Assembly (NCBI GenBank): GCA_043825735.1
Contig: JBDRRP010000121.1
Coordinates: 62,001-122,349, forward strand
DNA from: Pseudomonadota bacterium
Lineage (GTDB): Bacteria; Desulfobacterota; Desulfobacteria; Desulfobacterales; JBDRRP01
Direction: 5' to 3'
DNA: 60,349 bases
Shown: positions 8,716-18,561 of the stretch, in pieces
Layout of the letters: the number at the start of each line of letters is the position of its first letter
Numbering within the stretch: the stretch's first letter is position 1
The notes under the pieces: model-generated
Databases searched by the model: none
The model's input: only the letters and a program-made list of their open reading frames with translations
What the model was told of the DNA's origin: nothing
Translations under genes and position numbers: made by a program

Positions 8716-11006
8716 CGGGTGTCCTCGTGTTTTCGATCCTTGATAAAAATACCCCGTTTCTCCAGGCGACTCCGAATCTCATCGGCCCGCTGCCAGTCTC
8801 GGGCCTGGCGTGCGGCCGTCCGCGCGTTGATGAGGGCCTGAATCTCAGGATCGCTGCTGGGGTCGTCAAAACAGAAAACGCCCAGCACGGTATCGATGCG
8901 CGCCAGGGTGTCCAGTAATTGCCCGGCTTCTTCCCTGTTGAGTCGCCCGTCCTGAAGAAGTCGGTTGATCTTTTTGATGTGGCCAAATACCGATGCCATG
9001 GCTCTTGACGTATTGAGGTCATCGTCCATGGCAGTGGTAAAACGATTTTTGATGTCGTAATCGAGCTGATCCAAATCCGGTGAAACGCCGCCGGATACCC
9101 CCGGCGCCTGCTGGAGGTCATGGACCACCGCATCCAGACGCTCGAGCGCCTTTCGTGCCAAAAGCAGTCGCTCGTTGGAGAAAACCACCGGTTTTCGGTA
9201 GTGGGTGGTCAGTAGCCAGTAGCGGATCTCCCGGCCGGAAAATCCCATGGCCTCAACATCCCGCAGGGATATGCCGCTGCCCTTGGTATCGATGGCGCGG
9301 CCATTGGTGAGCACGGTGTCGCAGTGCATCCAGTAGCGGGCCAGCGGCTTTCCGGTGGCCCCGTAAGCGATGGCGATTTCATTCTCATGGTGCGGAAACA
9401 TGAGTTCCCGGCCACTGGTGTGAATGTCGAAGGTCTCTCCCAGGGACGTCATACTCATGGCGGCACACTGCAGATGCCAGGAGGGCCGGACATTGCCCCA
9501 GGGGGTAGTGGTGAACAGGCCGCGTTTGAGCTCCGAGAGGGTGGCGCGTTTCAGGAGCGTGAAATCCCGAGGGTTGTCCTTCTCATAGTCGTCAAGATCC
9601 ACGGTGGCCCCGACACGGATTTTCTCCAGATCAATCCCCGACAGTTTCCCGTAACTGCCGAACCGGGAGATATCGAAATACAGCGAGCGCAGCTTTTCGT
9701 ACGCCAGCCCCTTTTTGACCAGTTTGTCGGCCAGTGCCACCATATCGTCGATGTGCTCACTGGCCCGGGGATATTCGGTTGCCGGCTGTACCCGCAGTGT
9801 CTGCAAGTCTTCATGGAAATTGCGGATATGCCGCGCGGTGTATTCTGCCAGAGGCTCACCGGCGCTGTCTGCACCGGCGAAGGTCTTGTCGTCGTAGTCG
9901 GTAATGTTCATGACGTGCCGCACCCGGAGGCCGCGATAGGCCAGATGCCGGCAAAGCAGATCCGAAAACACGAACCGGCGGCAATGTCCCAGATGAATGG
10001 GCTGATTGGCGGTGGGTCCGCAGGTATACACAGACACCTCGCCTGCGGTGAGCGGCTCGAAGGCTTCCTTGTTACGCGAGAGTGTATTGAAAACGGTCAT
10101 GCCCACCGTAGGGCGCACGGCGAACAGCGTCGTACTGAGGTAGCGCTCACCGCCGTCCGGGAAAATGACCACCACCGTGCCGTGGTCCATTTTTTTTGCC
10201 ACTTTGGCGGCGACGGCCATGGCCGCCCCACTGCTCATCCCGACAAAAAGTCCCTCCTGGCGGGCCAGCTGCCGGGTCATTTCAAAAGACTCCTCGTCTT
10301 CGACATTGACTTTTTCATCGAGGCGGTCCTTCTCGTAAATTTCCGGCCGGTAGGCTTCTTTCATATTTTTGAGGCCCTGCAGACGGTGACCGAGATAGGG
10401 TTCCACGCCGATGATTCTGATGTCCGGGCGCAGTTCCTTGAGCCTTCGCGACAGTCCCATAAGGGTGCCGGTAGTCCCCATAGTGGCCACCAGAGCGTCT
10501 ATGGCGCCCTCTGTCTGGGCCCAGATCTCTGCGGCAGTACCCCGATAGTGGGCTTGCCAGTTGGCCGGATTATTGAACTGATCGGCCATGAAATACATGT
10601 CCGGGCTTTCCAGCGCCAGGCGGTACACTTCCTCGATGGCGCCGTCGGTGCCCAGGTGTCCCGGTGTCAGCAGAATGTCCGCGCCCCGCGCCTTGAGAAT
10701 TTTCTGCCGCTCCACGCTGACCAGTTCACTCATGGCCAGAAGGAGCCGGTAACCTTTGACCGAACATACCAGCGCCAGCCCGATACCGGTGTTTCCGCTG
10801 GTCGCCTCGATGACGATTTTTTCCGGAGTCAGTTCTCCGGAAGCCTCGCCGGCCTCAATCATGGCCAACGCCGCCCGGTCCTTGATGCTGCCGCCCGGAT
10901 TCAAGTATTCGAGCTTGGCCAGAATGCGCACTTTCGGGTTGGGCGCCAGGCGCTGAATCTCCACCAGGGGCGTGTTGCCGATCAGGTCTAAAATGGTCGT
11001 GGGCAT
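8712..11006 (-). CDS. cysS: cysteine synthase (PLP, CysK/CysM family) fused to a cysteinyl-tRNA synthetase-like domain
   Basis: N-half: IGNTPLV, NPGGSIKDR, EATSGNTG, QFNN, GTTGT. C-half: YTCGPT, HLGH, MNITD, RPSWHLQC, FPHHENE, DDDLNT and anticodon-binding tail. Start placed at ATG 11006, downstream of the tmk stop. Confidence 0.9.
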   Translation of the reverse strand: MPTTILDLIGNTPLVEIQRLAPNPKVRILAKLEYLNPGGSIKDRAALAMIEAGEASGELTPEKIVIEATSGNTGIGLALVCSVKGYRLLLAMSELVSVERQKILKARGADILLTPGHLGTDGAIEEVYRLALESPDMYFMADQFNNPANWQAHYRGTAAEIWAQTEGAIDALVATMGTTGTLMGLSRRLKELRPDIRIIGVEPYLGHRLQGLKNMKEAYRPEIYEKDRLDEKVNVEDEESFEMTRQLARQEGLFVGMSSGAAMAVAAKVAKKMDHGTVVVIFPDGGERYLSTTLFAVRPTVGMTVFNTLSRNKEAFEPLTAGEVSVYTCGPTANQPIHLGHCRRFVFSDLLCRHLAYRGLRVRHVMNITDYDDKTFAGADSAGEPLAEYTARHIRNFHEDLQTLRVQPATEYPRASEHIDDMVALADKLVKKGLAYEKLRSLYFDISRFGSYGKLSGIDLEKIRVGATVDLDDYEKDNPRDFTLLKRATLSELKRGLFTTTPWGNVRPSWHLQCAAMSMTSLGETFDIHTSGRELMFPHHENEIAIAYGATGKPLARYWMHCDTVLTNGRAIDTKGSGISLRDVEAMGFSGREIRYWLLTTHYRKPVVFSNERLLLARKALERLDAVVHDLQQAPGVSGGVSPDLDQLDYDIKNRFTTAMDDDLNTSRAMASVFGHIKKINRLLQDGRLNREEAGQLLDTLARIDTVLGVFCFDDPSSDPEIQALINARTAARQARDWQRADEIRSRLEKRGIFIKDRKHEDTR

Positions 11007-11016
11007 AGGATTCCCT

Positions 11017-11691
11017 TCAGTCCCTGCCAGTGGTGGCAGCGCCGGAGTCGGACGGCCTTTTCGCCATCCACCGGTCGATGGCCGCAATGACATCTTGGGC
11101 AACGGCATCGGCTGCTGCAGCCGCATCGATGACACAAAACCGCTCAGGTGCACCGGCGGCCAGCAAACGGTATCCGTCCCGAACCCGGCGATGGAAGTGC
11201 AGGGCTTCTTTTTCGAAACGGGTTTCTTCCCCGGAGCGTTCTCCGTGTTTGACCTGCCGCCATGCACGCGCCAATCCTATCTCAGGGTCGAGATCCAGCA
11301 GGACGGTCAGATCGGGCAGCATCCCGCCAACCGCCGCCTGATGGAGGCGATCCACCGAATCAAGACCCAATCCCCTGGCAAGTCCCTGGTAGACCCGGGT
11401 GGCATCCACGTATCGATCACAGAGCACCACCCGGCCGTCGGCGATCGCCGGTGCGATGACGGTGCGCACGTGCTGCACCCGGTCGGCCGTATACAGCAGC
11501 AGCTCGGCGCCGGGGTCGAGGTCGCCGCTGTTCGGATCGAGCAGGATGGCGCGAATCTGTCGGCCGATGGGCGTTCCGCCGGGCTCACGGGTGATAAGGC
11601 ACCGGCGCCCCTGCTGCTCGAGATGCGCCGCCACGCGCGGCATGAGGCTGGTCTTGCCGGAGCCTTCGATACCTTCAAATGTAATGAACAT
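11017..11691 (-). CDS. tmk: thymidylate kinase
   Basis: MFITFEGIEGSGKT, TREPGGT, LCDRY, YQG, PDLT motifs. Confidence 0.96.
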   Translation of the reverse strand: MFITFEGIEGSGKTSLMPRVAAHLEQQGRRCLITREPGGTPIGRQIRAILLDPNSGDLDPGAELLLYTADRVQHVRTVIAPAIADGRVVLCDRYVDATRVYQGLARGLGLDSVDRLHQAAVGGMLPDLTVLLDLDPEIGLARAWRQVKHGERSGEETRFEKEALHFHRRVRDGYRLLAAGAPERFCVIDAAAAADAVAQDVIAAIDRWMAKRPSDSGAATTGRD

Positions 11692-11724
11692 CGGCGCCCT
11701 CACAGTGGTGCACTGACACGCAAC

Positions 11725-12501
11725 TCATTCGGTGGTTCCAGTGGCACCGGGAACGGGCCAGGCCTTCAGCATGTCTAAAAACCGATAATCGGTAGCGTCA
11801 CAGGATATGGGGGTGATGGCAATGTATTTTTTCTGCAGCACCGAACCGTCAACCTCGCGATCGGCCGTGAAGGTCTGTGCATCACACCCCTGCCAGTAGT
11901 AAGTTCGGTTTCTTGGATCCACCCGTTTTTCAATGGTTTCCGGAAACATTTCAAACCCCTGGCTGGCAAATCGGACACCAGCGGTCTCCCTGACGGGGGC
12001 ATCCGGAAAATTTACGTTCAAAAAGGTACCGAAGGGCAGCCCGCGCGCCAGCATCGTAACGGCAAAACCGGCGGTAAAATCGGCGATGCCCGCATAATGG
12101 GCCTGCCCCTGCCCTTCCCTGGACACGGCGATGGCGGGGATCCCATATAGGGCCGCCTCCTTGGCAGCCGCCACGGTACCGCTGTAGTTGATATTGACAC
12201 CGACATTGGCGCCCGGATTGATGCCAGAGACCACTATGTCGGGTTTTTCGGGCATGAGATCCAGCAGTGCCAGTTTGATACAGTCGGCCGGCGTGCCGCT
12301 CACGGCAAACCCTCTGACGCCGTTATCCCAATCCATGGGATGGGCCCGGAGCGGCTGGTGCAAGGTAATGCCATGCCCAACAGCGCTGCGCTCCCGATCC
12401 GGAGCGACCACCGTCACCGTAAAATCCCGGGACAATCTGCGGCACAAGGCCAGCAGACCCGGGGCATGGATCCCGTCGTCATTGGTCAGTAACACATGCA
12501 T
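11725..12501 (-). CDS. surE: 5'/3'-nucleotidase SurE
   Basis: LLTNDDG, GTPADC, VVSGINPGAN, YSGTVAAA motifs. Confidence 0.96.
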   Translation of the reverse strand: MHVLLTNDDGIHAPGLLALCRRLSRDFTVTVVAPDRERSAVGHGITLHQPLRAHPMDWDNGVRGFAVSGTPADCIKLALLDLMPEKPDIVVSGINPGANVGVNINYSGTVAAAKEAALYGIPAIAVSREGQGQAHYAGIADFTAGFAVTMLARGLPFGTFLNVNFPDAPVRETAGVRFASQGFEMFPETIEKRVDPRNRTYYWQGCDAQTFTADREVDGSVLQKKYIAITPISCDATDYRFLDMLKAWPVPGATGTTE

Positions 12502-12856
12502 GGCACCCTGCCTGGCGCCCGTCCACAAACGGGCGCTTTACATTCTCTTTCGATATCGGGTTCGAAATCGGAATCGAGAGCGATTGTGCCTATAATTTTC
12601 GATACCGACTCGGCCTCGAAGACGGATCTCGCGCTCACCGACGGCCGGACCGGACGCAGATTCGGCTATTCAGTACCTCAAGTGGTTTGTTTTTGAAAGG
12701 ACGTTTTCCGGCGGCATCGACCTTGATTTTCCGCTCGTATCTGATATAGGGGACCATATCGTAAATATATGAATTTCAAATGATTGTAGGTAATTTTTCA
12801 CCGATTCCCACCTGCCGTCACCTGCAGGTTGTCTCCCATACAGCCGACATGAGTGA

Positions 12857-15190
12857 ATGATTTCTGGATCCCACAGCCGGCCGGACGGCCCAGCCCCCGC
12901 CTCATCCCACCCACATTGCGGGAGCGCTTGCGCGCGCGCACTCACCACGCACATCGTGTTGCTGTGGATGATTTTGTCCCTGTGGCTGCCCTCGCCCCTG
13001 CAGGCGGCGCCCCCGGCATGGTTTCAAAATGACCCTGCCCAGCCCTGGCACATCACCGCCGACGAAATCAGCCAGGATCGGAGCACCGGGGTCACCACGG
13101 CGAGCGGCAACGTCATCATCACCCAAAAAAGTACGCGCATGTCTGCCCAGCGAGTCCGCTTCAATCAAAACACCATGCAACTGACAGCCGAAGGCAGTGT
13201 GGTGCTGACTGCCGGCGGGGACATCCTCACCGGAGACCGGATTGACCTTGATCTTAAGACAGAAACCGGCACGCTGACCAATGCCACCCTTTTTTCCCAG
13301 GAAACCCATTTTTACATCGCCGGCGAGCGCATCGAGAAACTGGACAAAAACCGCTATACCCTGACGAAAGGCAGCGTCACCACCTGTGACGGCGACCAAC
13401 CGACCTGGCGCATCACCTGCCGGTCTCTGGACGTTACCGTGGAAGGCTACGGCATCGCTCGGGGCGCCGCGCTGAGAGTCATGGATGTGCCGATCCTGTA
13501 TTCCCCCATCATGGCGTTCCCGGCCAAGACCACCCGTCAGACGGGCCTGTTGATTCCTCAGTTCGGCACGTCACAGCGAAAAGGATTTGAATTCAACCAG
13601 CCGCTGTTTTGGGCCATCAACGAGCAATCCGATGCCACTGCCTACTGGAACCACATGGAAAAACGCGGTGAAAAGCTCGGCGGGGAATACCGTTACATGG
13701 CCGCTGCCGACACCTTTGGCACAATCATGGCAGACGCGCTGAAAGATCAGCAGGTGGATGACGGCACCCAGGACGCCACCAGCAAATGGGGATATCCCGA
13801 TGACGGATATGACCGCACCAATAAGGAACGATACTGGTTTCGCATGAAGCACAACATCGACCTGGGCACCGGAATGTCGGCGAAACTGGACGCCGATGTT
13901 GTCAGCGACCAAGATTATTTGAAAGAATTCCAAACCGGTTACAACGGCTTTGACGACGGCAACGTCTATTTCACCAGCACCTTCGGCCGCGGCCTTGACG
14001 ATATGAACGATCCAGACCGGCTCAATATGGCCAATTTCAACAAGACCTGGGATCGATTCGTGTTCAACGCCGATGCCCGCTGGTATGACAATGCCCTGAT
14101 CCGCTCCCAGGGGCTGACCAACTCGACCCTCCAGCAAATGCCCGATCTTACATTGTCCGGGTCCCGCCAGCCCGTGATGAAGACCCCGCTGATGGCCTCT
14201 GGCACCGGGCAGTATGTCTATTTCTACCGGGATCAGGGGCAGACTGGGCACCGGATGGACCTATACCCCCGGCTCTACTGGCCGATGAGCATCAAGCGCA
14301 TCGTCAACATCGAGCCGTCCGTGGGCGTGCGTGAAACCATCTGGTACCTGGACCGGGCCGCCACCGGCGGCCCAGCCGACGACAAAACGTATACCCGGCC
14401 CATGGCGGATTTCAGCATGGATGCCTCCACCGAGCTCTACCGGGTATTCGATATGCCCGGATCGGCCTCCGACCGGTGGCGGCACCTGATGCGCCCACAG
14501 GTGATCTACACCTATATCCCGAACCGGGATCAGAGCGCCCTGCCCTACTTTGACATAACCGACCGCATCGCCGAGCAAAACACCGTCACCTACTCACTCA
14601 CCAACACCGTGACCACCCGCACCACGGCCGTCACCGCCGCCGCTCGCACTGAAGCAGTGCCGGCGGAACCGGCAGCGGTCACCTACCACGAGTTCGGTCG
14701 TCTGAAACTGCAGCAGTCTTTTGACATCAACGCCGCCAATCAGCCGCAATCGAAACCGTTTTCTCCCGTCTACGCCGAGCTGATCATCACGCCGAAGGAC
14801 TGGTACTCGGTACGCGCCGACGCCAACTGGTCGGTCAACGACGGCAATTTTGTCGACCACAACGTGATGCTGGGAATTTGGGACCACTCGGGAGACCGTT
14901 TTACCGTCGAACACCGCTACACGCGCGAGCAGTCCGAATCGCTTTTCGCAGGGGCGGAAGTGTCGCTGTGGGAAGGTCTGAAAGCTTACGGCACCATCGA
15001 GCGGGACGTGAAAAACGGTGAAAACATCAAAAACCAGATCGGCATCCTGTTCAGCCGTCAGTGCTGGTCTGTGGACACCCAATTCACCGAAGAGCCTAAC
15101 AACCGGGCGATCAGTTTTCTCATCACCCTGCACGGCATCGGCAGCGTCGGATCCGGTTTCAGCCCGGACAGCATCACCGGCGGCAACTGA
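12857..15190 (+). CDS. lptD: LPS-assembly protein LptD
   Basis: Hydrophobic signal segment, OstA-like N-domain (ITADEI...ASGNV), TTCD, RQTGLLIP, beta-barrel C-terminus with QCW. Confidence 0.85.
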   Translation: MISGSHSRPDGPAPASSHPHCGSACARALTTHIVLLWMILSLWLPSPLQAAPPAWFQNDPAQPWHITADEISQDRSTGVTTASGNVIITQKSTRMSAQRVRFNQNTMQLTAEGSVVLTAGGDILTGDRIDLDLKTETGTLTNATLFSQETHFYIAGERIEKLDKNRYTLTKGSVTTCDGDQPTWRITCRSLDVTVEGYGIARGAALRVMDVPILYSPIMAFPAKTTRQTGLLIPQFGTSQRKGFEFNQPLFWAINEQSDATAYWNHMEKRGEKLGGEYRYMAAADTFGTIMADALKDQQVDDGTQDATSKWGYPDDGYDRTNKERYWFRMKHNIDLGTGMSAKLDADVVSDQDYLKEFQTGYNGFDDGNVYFTSTFGRGLDDMNDPDRLNMANFNKTWDRFVFNADARWYDNALIRSQGLTNSTLQQMPDLTLSGSRQPVMKTPLMASGTGQYVYFYRDQGQTGHRMDLYPRLYWPMSIKRIVNIEPSVGVRETIWYLDRAATGGPADDKTYTRPMADFSMDASTELYRVFDMPGSASDRWRHLMRPQVIYTYIPNRDQSALPYFDITDRIAEQNTVTYSLTNTVTTRTTAVTAAARTEAVPAEPAAVTYHEFGRLKLQQSFDINAANQPQSKPFSPVYAELIITPKDWYSVRADANWSVNDGNFVDHNVMLGIWDHSGDRFTVEHRYTREQSESLFAGAEVSLWEGLKAYGTIERDVKNGENIKNQIGILFSRQCWSVDTQFTEEPNNRAISFLITLHGIGSVGSGFSPDSITGGN

Positions 15191-15439
15191 TCCCCCGTGA
15201 AAAGGAAAAACCGTTTCTCGCGCAGAGACGCAATGACGCAGAGCGCTGAAAGACATAATCCATCAAAGGCATTATTTTCACTTATCGTACATATCAGTTA
15301 TGCGTTTCCGCAGTTGAGCGGCTTTGACATCTGTTCGCCGATCAAGTCTTTTCTTCAGTCGCTGCTTGCCGATGCCTGAAATGGGCAAATCCTGCACGTA
15401 TCGTAGCATTCTCCTGGAAAATCCAGTATAGTCGCTGAA

Positions 15440-15545
15440 TCTCATGCCAAGGCCCTTGCGCTCATCCAGGACTATTTGAAACCACTGGATCCCGGCCTTC
15501 CGCCGTCGCTACGCTATGGCGGACAGGTCGCCTGGATGACAGAAA
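15440..15545. repeat. GTCA-type palindromic repeat with a nested TCCGCC..GGCGGA hairpin
   Basis: CTGGATCCCGGCCT[TCCGCCGTCGCTACGCTATGGCGGACAGG]TCGCCTGGATGAC resembles the right arm of the 32693-32761 element with an insertion. Confidence 0.55.
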
Positions 15546-15649
15546 AAGCAGACCCGACTTTTTCGCAGCGGGCCGATTAGTAGCGGGCCGCACTTTTGGT
15601 TAACCCCCGGAGCCTTTGGCCTCACAAACAACTGACAGGAAACCCTTCG

Positions 15650-16180
15650 ATGCACGAACCCGAATCGATACCGGCCTGGTATGTCCTGCATACCCGCAGC
15701 CGTTTTGAAGCGAAGGTCCACGACGGCCTCCTGAAAAAATCAAAGACCGTCTTTTTGCCAAAGATGCTGACCCAGAGCCGCCGGCGAGACCGAAAACAGA
15801 TGATCCGCATCCCCCTGTTTCCAGGATATGTTTTCGTTCACACGGATCTGACGCCTGAAATGCGCCTGGACATCCTCAAAACCGTCGGCGTGGTGAAGTT
15901 CATCGGCAACAGCGGCGGCCCGCTGCCTGTGGCCGAAGCCACCATCGAGTCCCTGAAAATCATGGTGTCCGCCAATCAGGGCATCCACACCGGCCAGCAG
16001 ATGAAAAAAGGCCAGCCGGTGATCGTTGTGCAGGGCCCTTTCACCGGTGTGACAGGTCATTTTCTCAGCTATCGTGGCCAGCACCGGGTGGTCGTGCACA
16101 TCGAGGCGCTGGGGCAATATGCCGCCGTGGAAGTCGACGAGGATGACATCGAACCCGCGCCCCTTCTGTCAGGGCGCTGA
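15650..16180 (+). CDS. NusG-paralogue transcription antiterminator (UpxY/RfaH/LoaP-like)
   Basis: WYVLHTRSRFE, PLFPGYVFV (NGN domain), GQPVIVVQGPFTG (KOW). Confidence 0.9.
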   Translation: MHEPESIPAWYVLHTRSRFEAKVHDGLLKKSKTVFLPKMLTQSRRRDRKQMIRIPLFPGYVFVHTDLTPEMRLDILKTVGVVKFIGNSGGPLPVAEATIESLKIMVSANQGIHTGQQMKKGQPVIVVQGPFTGVTGHFLSYRGQHRVVVHIEALGQYAAVEVDEDDIEPAPLLSGR

Positions 16181-16348
16181 AAACGGCGCCTTGTTCCCCG
16201 GGAGCATCCAATCGGCTGCGGCGGATCACTGTTCGCCGGGCACGCTGCTTGTTTTTCAAATGCTGTCTAACCACTTGACTTCTTTTGAAGACCTGTTTTA
16301 TTAGACAGCGTTTTGTTGGGGTGCCGATTACCGCTACAAGGAGGCTCA

Positions 16349-16624
16349 ATGAACAAACTGGAGCTCATTTCCGCGCTGAAAACGGAAGCCGATATCACCA
16401 AGAGCGAAGCTGCCGCCATCGTGCAGGTGTTTTTCGACAGCATGGCGGACGCCCTGGCACGCGGCGAACGCGTTGAAATCCGCGGACTGTGCAGCTTTTT
16501 TATCAAAAATTATAAAAGCTACACGGGCAGAAACCCCAAAACGGGTGATCAGGTGACGATACAGCCCAAAAGGCTCCCGTTCTTCAAATCGGGCAAAGAA
16601 CTGAAAGAACGAGTCGACTATTAG
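16349..16624 (+). CDS. integration host factor beta / HU-family DNA-binding protein
   Basis: MNKLELI, GERVEIRG, GRNPKTG, FFKSGKELKERV; AAGGAGG RBS. Confidence 0.93.
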   Translation: MNKLELISALKTEADITKSEAAAIVQVFFDSMADALARGERVEIRGLCSFFIKNYKSYTGRNPKTGDQVTIQPKRLPFFKSGKELKERVDY

Positions 16625-16625
16625 G

Positions 16626-17624
16626 TTGCAAGGTTTCCAAACCATAGCAGGACAAGAGAAAACCATCTCGACGCTCTCAGCGTTTCTCACCTCGGGAAAC
16701 ATCCCCCACGCCATCATCTTCAGCGGCATTTCCGGCTCCGGGAAGCAGGAGACCGCCACGGTCTTTGCTATGGCGCTCAACTGCCGCAACCGACCGGCGG
16801 CCGCAGCGGCCCCATGCGAGGCTTGCCGCACCTGCCGCAACATCCGCGGCGACCGGCACCCGGATGTCCTTCATCTGCGGCCGCCTGGTAAGATGATCAA
16901 GGTGGATCAGATCCGGCAGCTTCGAGATACCATCGCCATGAAACCCTTCGAGGCGGAGACTCGGCTGGTGATTATCCACGATGCCCATACCATGAACGTC
17001 TCCGCGGCCAATGCGCTGCTGAAATCTTTGGAGGAGCCGCCGCCCAAGACCGTGTTTCTGCTGCTTACCGATCAACCGGGCCGGTTTCTGCCAACGGTGA
17101 TATCCCGGTGTCAGTTGCTCCGGTTTACGCCCATTGCCGTCGAGGCGATTCAGGCCCGGCTCACGGCTGACGGTGGCCTTGCACCCGCGGACGCGGCACT
17201 CATCGCCAGACTGGCCGGCGGGAGTATGAGTGCGGCCGAGAAAATGTCCGAACCCGCTTGGCGCCGTCACCGGCAGTTCATTCTGGAAATCATGGGCGGT
17301 ATTGATACGCTGTCTCCCGGTGTGCTGCTGGCGCTGGCCGGCCGCCTTTCAGACGCTGCGCTGCCGGCGGCCGAAGCCCTCGACATCATGGAGACCTGGA
17401 TCCGGGACATGCTCACGGTAGCGCTCGCCCCCGATCTATTGATAAACGTGGACCTGGCAGACAAAATTCAATATAGTGCAACACGCACAACCGTCGAAAC
17501 GTCACTGCACCGAGCCCGCGCCGTCCAGTTGGCCCGGCGAAGACTGGGCGGCAATGCCAACGTCAAACTCACCATGGAGCATCTGCTGCTGGACATGGCA
17601 CATGGGCAGGCTCCTACAGGATAG
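16626..17624 (+). CDS. holB: DNA polymerase III subunit delta'
   Basis: HAIIFSGISGSGK, Zn motif C..CEACRTC, HPDV, AANALLKSLEEPP, PTVISRC. Confidence 0.93.
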   Translation: MQGFQTIAGQEKTISTLSAFLTSGNIPHAIIFSGISGSGKQETATVFAMALNCRNRPAAAAAPCEACRTCRNIRGDRHPDVLHLRPPGKMIKVDQIRQLRDTIAMKPFEAETRLVIIHDAHTMNVSAANALLKSLEEPPPKTVFLLLTDQPGRFLPTVISRCQLLRFTPIAVEAIQARLTADGGLAPADAALIARLAGGSMSAAEKMSEPAWRRHRQFILEIMGGIDTLSPGVLLALAGRLSDAALPAAEALDIMETWIRDMLTVALAPDLLINVDLADKIQYSATRTTVETSLHRARAVQLARRRLGGNANVKLTMEHLLLDMAHGQAPTG

Positions 17625-17629
17625 GACAC

Positions 17630-18436
17630 ATGAGCAAAATTGTCGGTATACGCTTTAAACCCGCTGGCAAAGTCTACGATTTCGACAGCGGCGCCTTCGT
17701 CTTGAAAAAAGGCGACGATGTCATCGTCGAGACCGAACGCGGTCTGGGTTTCGGCACCGTGGCGCTCGACCCGGTTGCCGAAGACGACCGAGCGCCGGGG
17801 AAACCGCTTAAGAAAGTGTTCCGCCTGGCCACCGAAAAGGATTACCAGCAGCTGCAGCAAAATAAACAGACCGAAGCGGATGCCTATACCTACGGCCAGC
17901 AGTCCATAGAACAATTGGGCCTCAAGATGAACCTCTTCGAGGTGGAAAGCGCCTTCGATGGCAACAAACTGACCTTCTATTTCACTTCGGATGGCCGGAT
18001 CGATTTTCGCCAACTGGTCAAGATGCTCGTCAAACACCTGGGGGCACGGATTGAAATGCGCCAAGTGGGTATCCGCAACCAAGCCAAAATGTGCGGGGGA
18101 CTGGGCCGCTGCGGCAGGGAAATCTGCTGCGCGCTGTACATGGACAAGTTCAACCCCGTTTCTATCCGCATGGCCAAGGAGCAAAGCCTGTCGCTGAACC
18201 CCACAAAAATTTCCGGGCAGTGCGGCCGGCTGATGTGTTGCCTCACCTACGAGTTTGAAACCTATCGGGATCTTAAAAAAGGACTGCCCAAAATCGGCAA
18301 GGCCATCGAGGCGCCGGACGGCAAGGGCAAAGTGGTCCGTATCAACGCGCTGCGCAGTCGGGTGGCGGTGCGGTTTCCAGACGGCCGGGAAATCGAGTAC
18401 ACGGCCGAAGCGCTGCGACCGCCGGAAAACGGTTGA
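17630..18436 (+). CDS. PSP1/RicT (YaaT) family protein
   Basis: VGIRFKPAGKVYDF, RIDFRQLVK, GGLGRCGREICC, KISGQCGRLMCCL; sits between holB and metG. Confidence 0.92.
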   Translation: MSKIVGIRFKPAGKVYDFDSGAFVLKKGDDVIVETERGLGFGTVALDPVAEDDRAPGKPLKKVFRLATEKDYQQLQQNKQTEADAYTYGQQSIEQLGLKMNLFEVESAFDGNKLTFYFTSDGRIDFRQLVKMLVKHLGARIEMRQVGIRNQAKMCGGLGRCGREICCALYMDKFNPVSIRMAKEQSLSLNPTKISGQCGRLMCCLTYEFETYRDLKKGLPKIGKAIEAPDGKGKVVRINALRSRVAVRFPDGREIEYTAEALRPPENG

Positions 18437-18561
18437 TCGCAACGCCCTGAAGCCGCGCCCTTGGGCGGCAGCAGTGGCCCTTACCGTTTTTTCGAGACCG
18501 TCGCCGCCGGGAAATGCGATTAAAAAGAATCACCGCAATTTGATCAACGGAAGGCATCGTC

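Noticed and set aside
9324..10991. 555-aa plus-strand ORF
   Set aside because: Antisense to the cysteine synthase-CysRS fusion; no recognisable motifs.
11007..11267. 87-aa N-terminal extension of the fusion protein
   Set aside because: Overlaps tmk; cysteine synthase homology begins at MPTTILDLIGNTP.
12550..12620. ATCGGG/TTCGAA/ATCGGA ... CGATACCGA hexamer-rich imperfect palindrome
   Set aside because: Single degenerate copy in the window; probably another REP-like type but too weak to call.
15480..15595. Hairpins upstream of the NusG paralogue as a riboswitch or ops-like leader
   Set aside because: Mostly explained by repeat-family sequence; no recognisable riboswitch or ops consensus.
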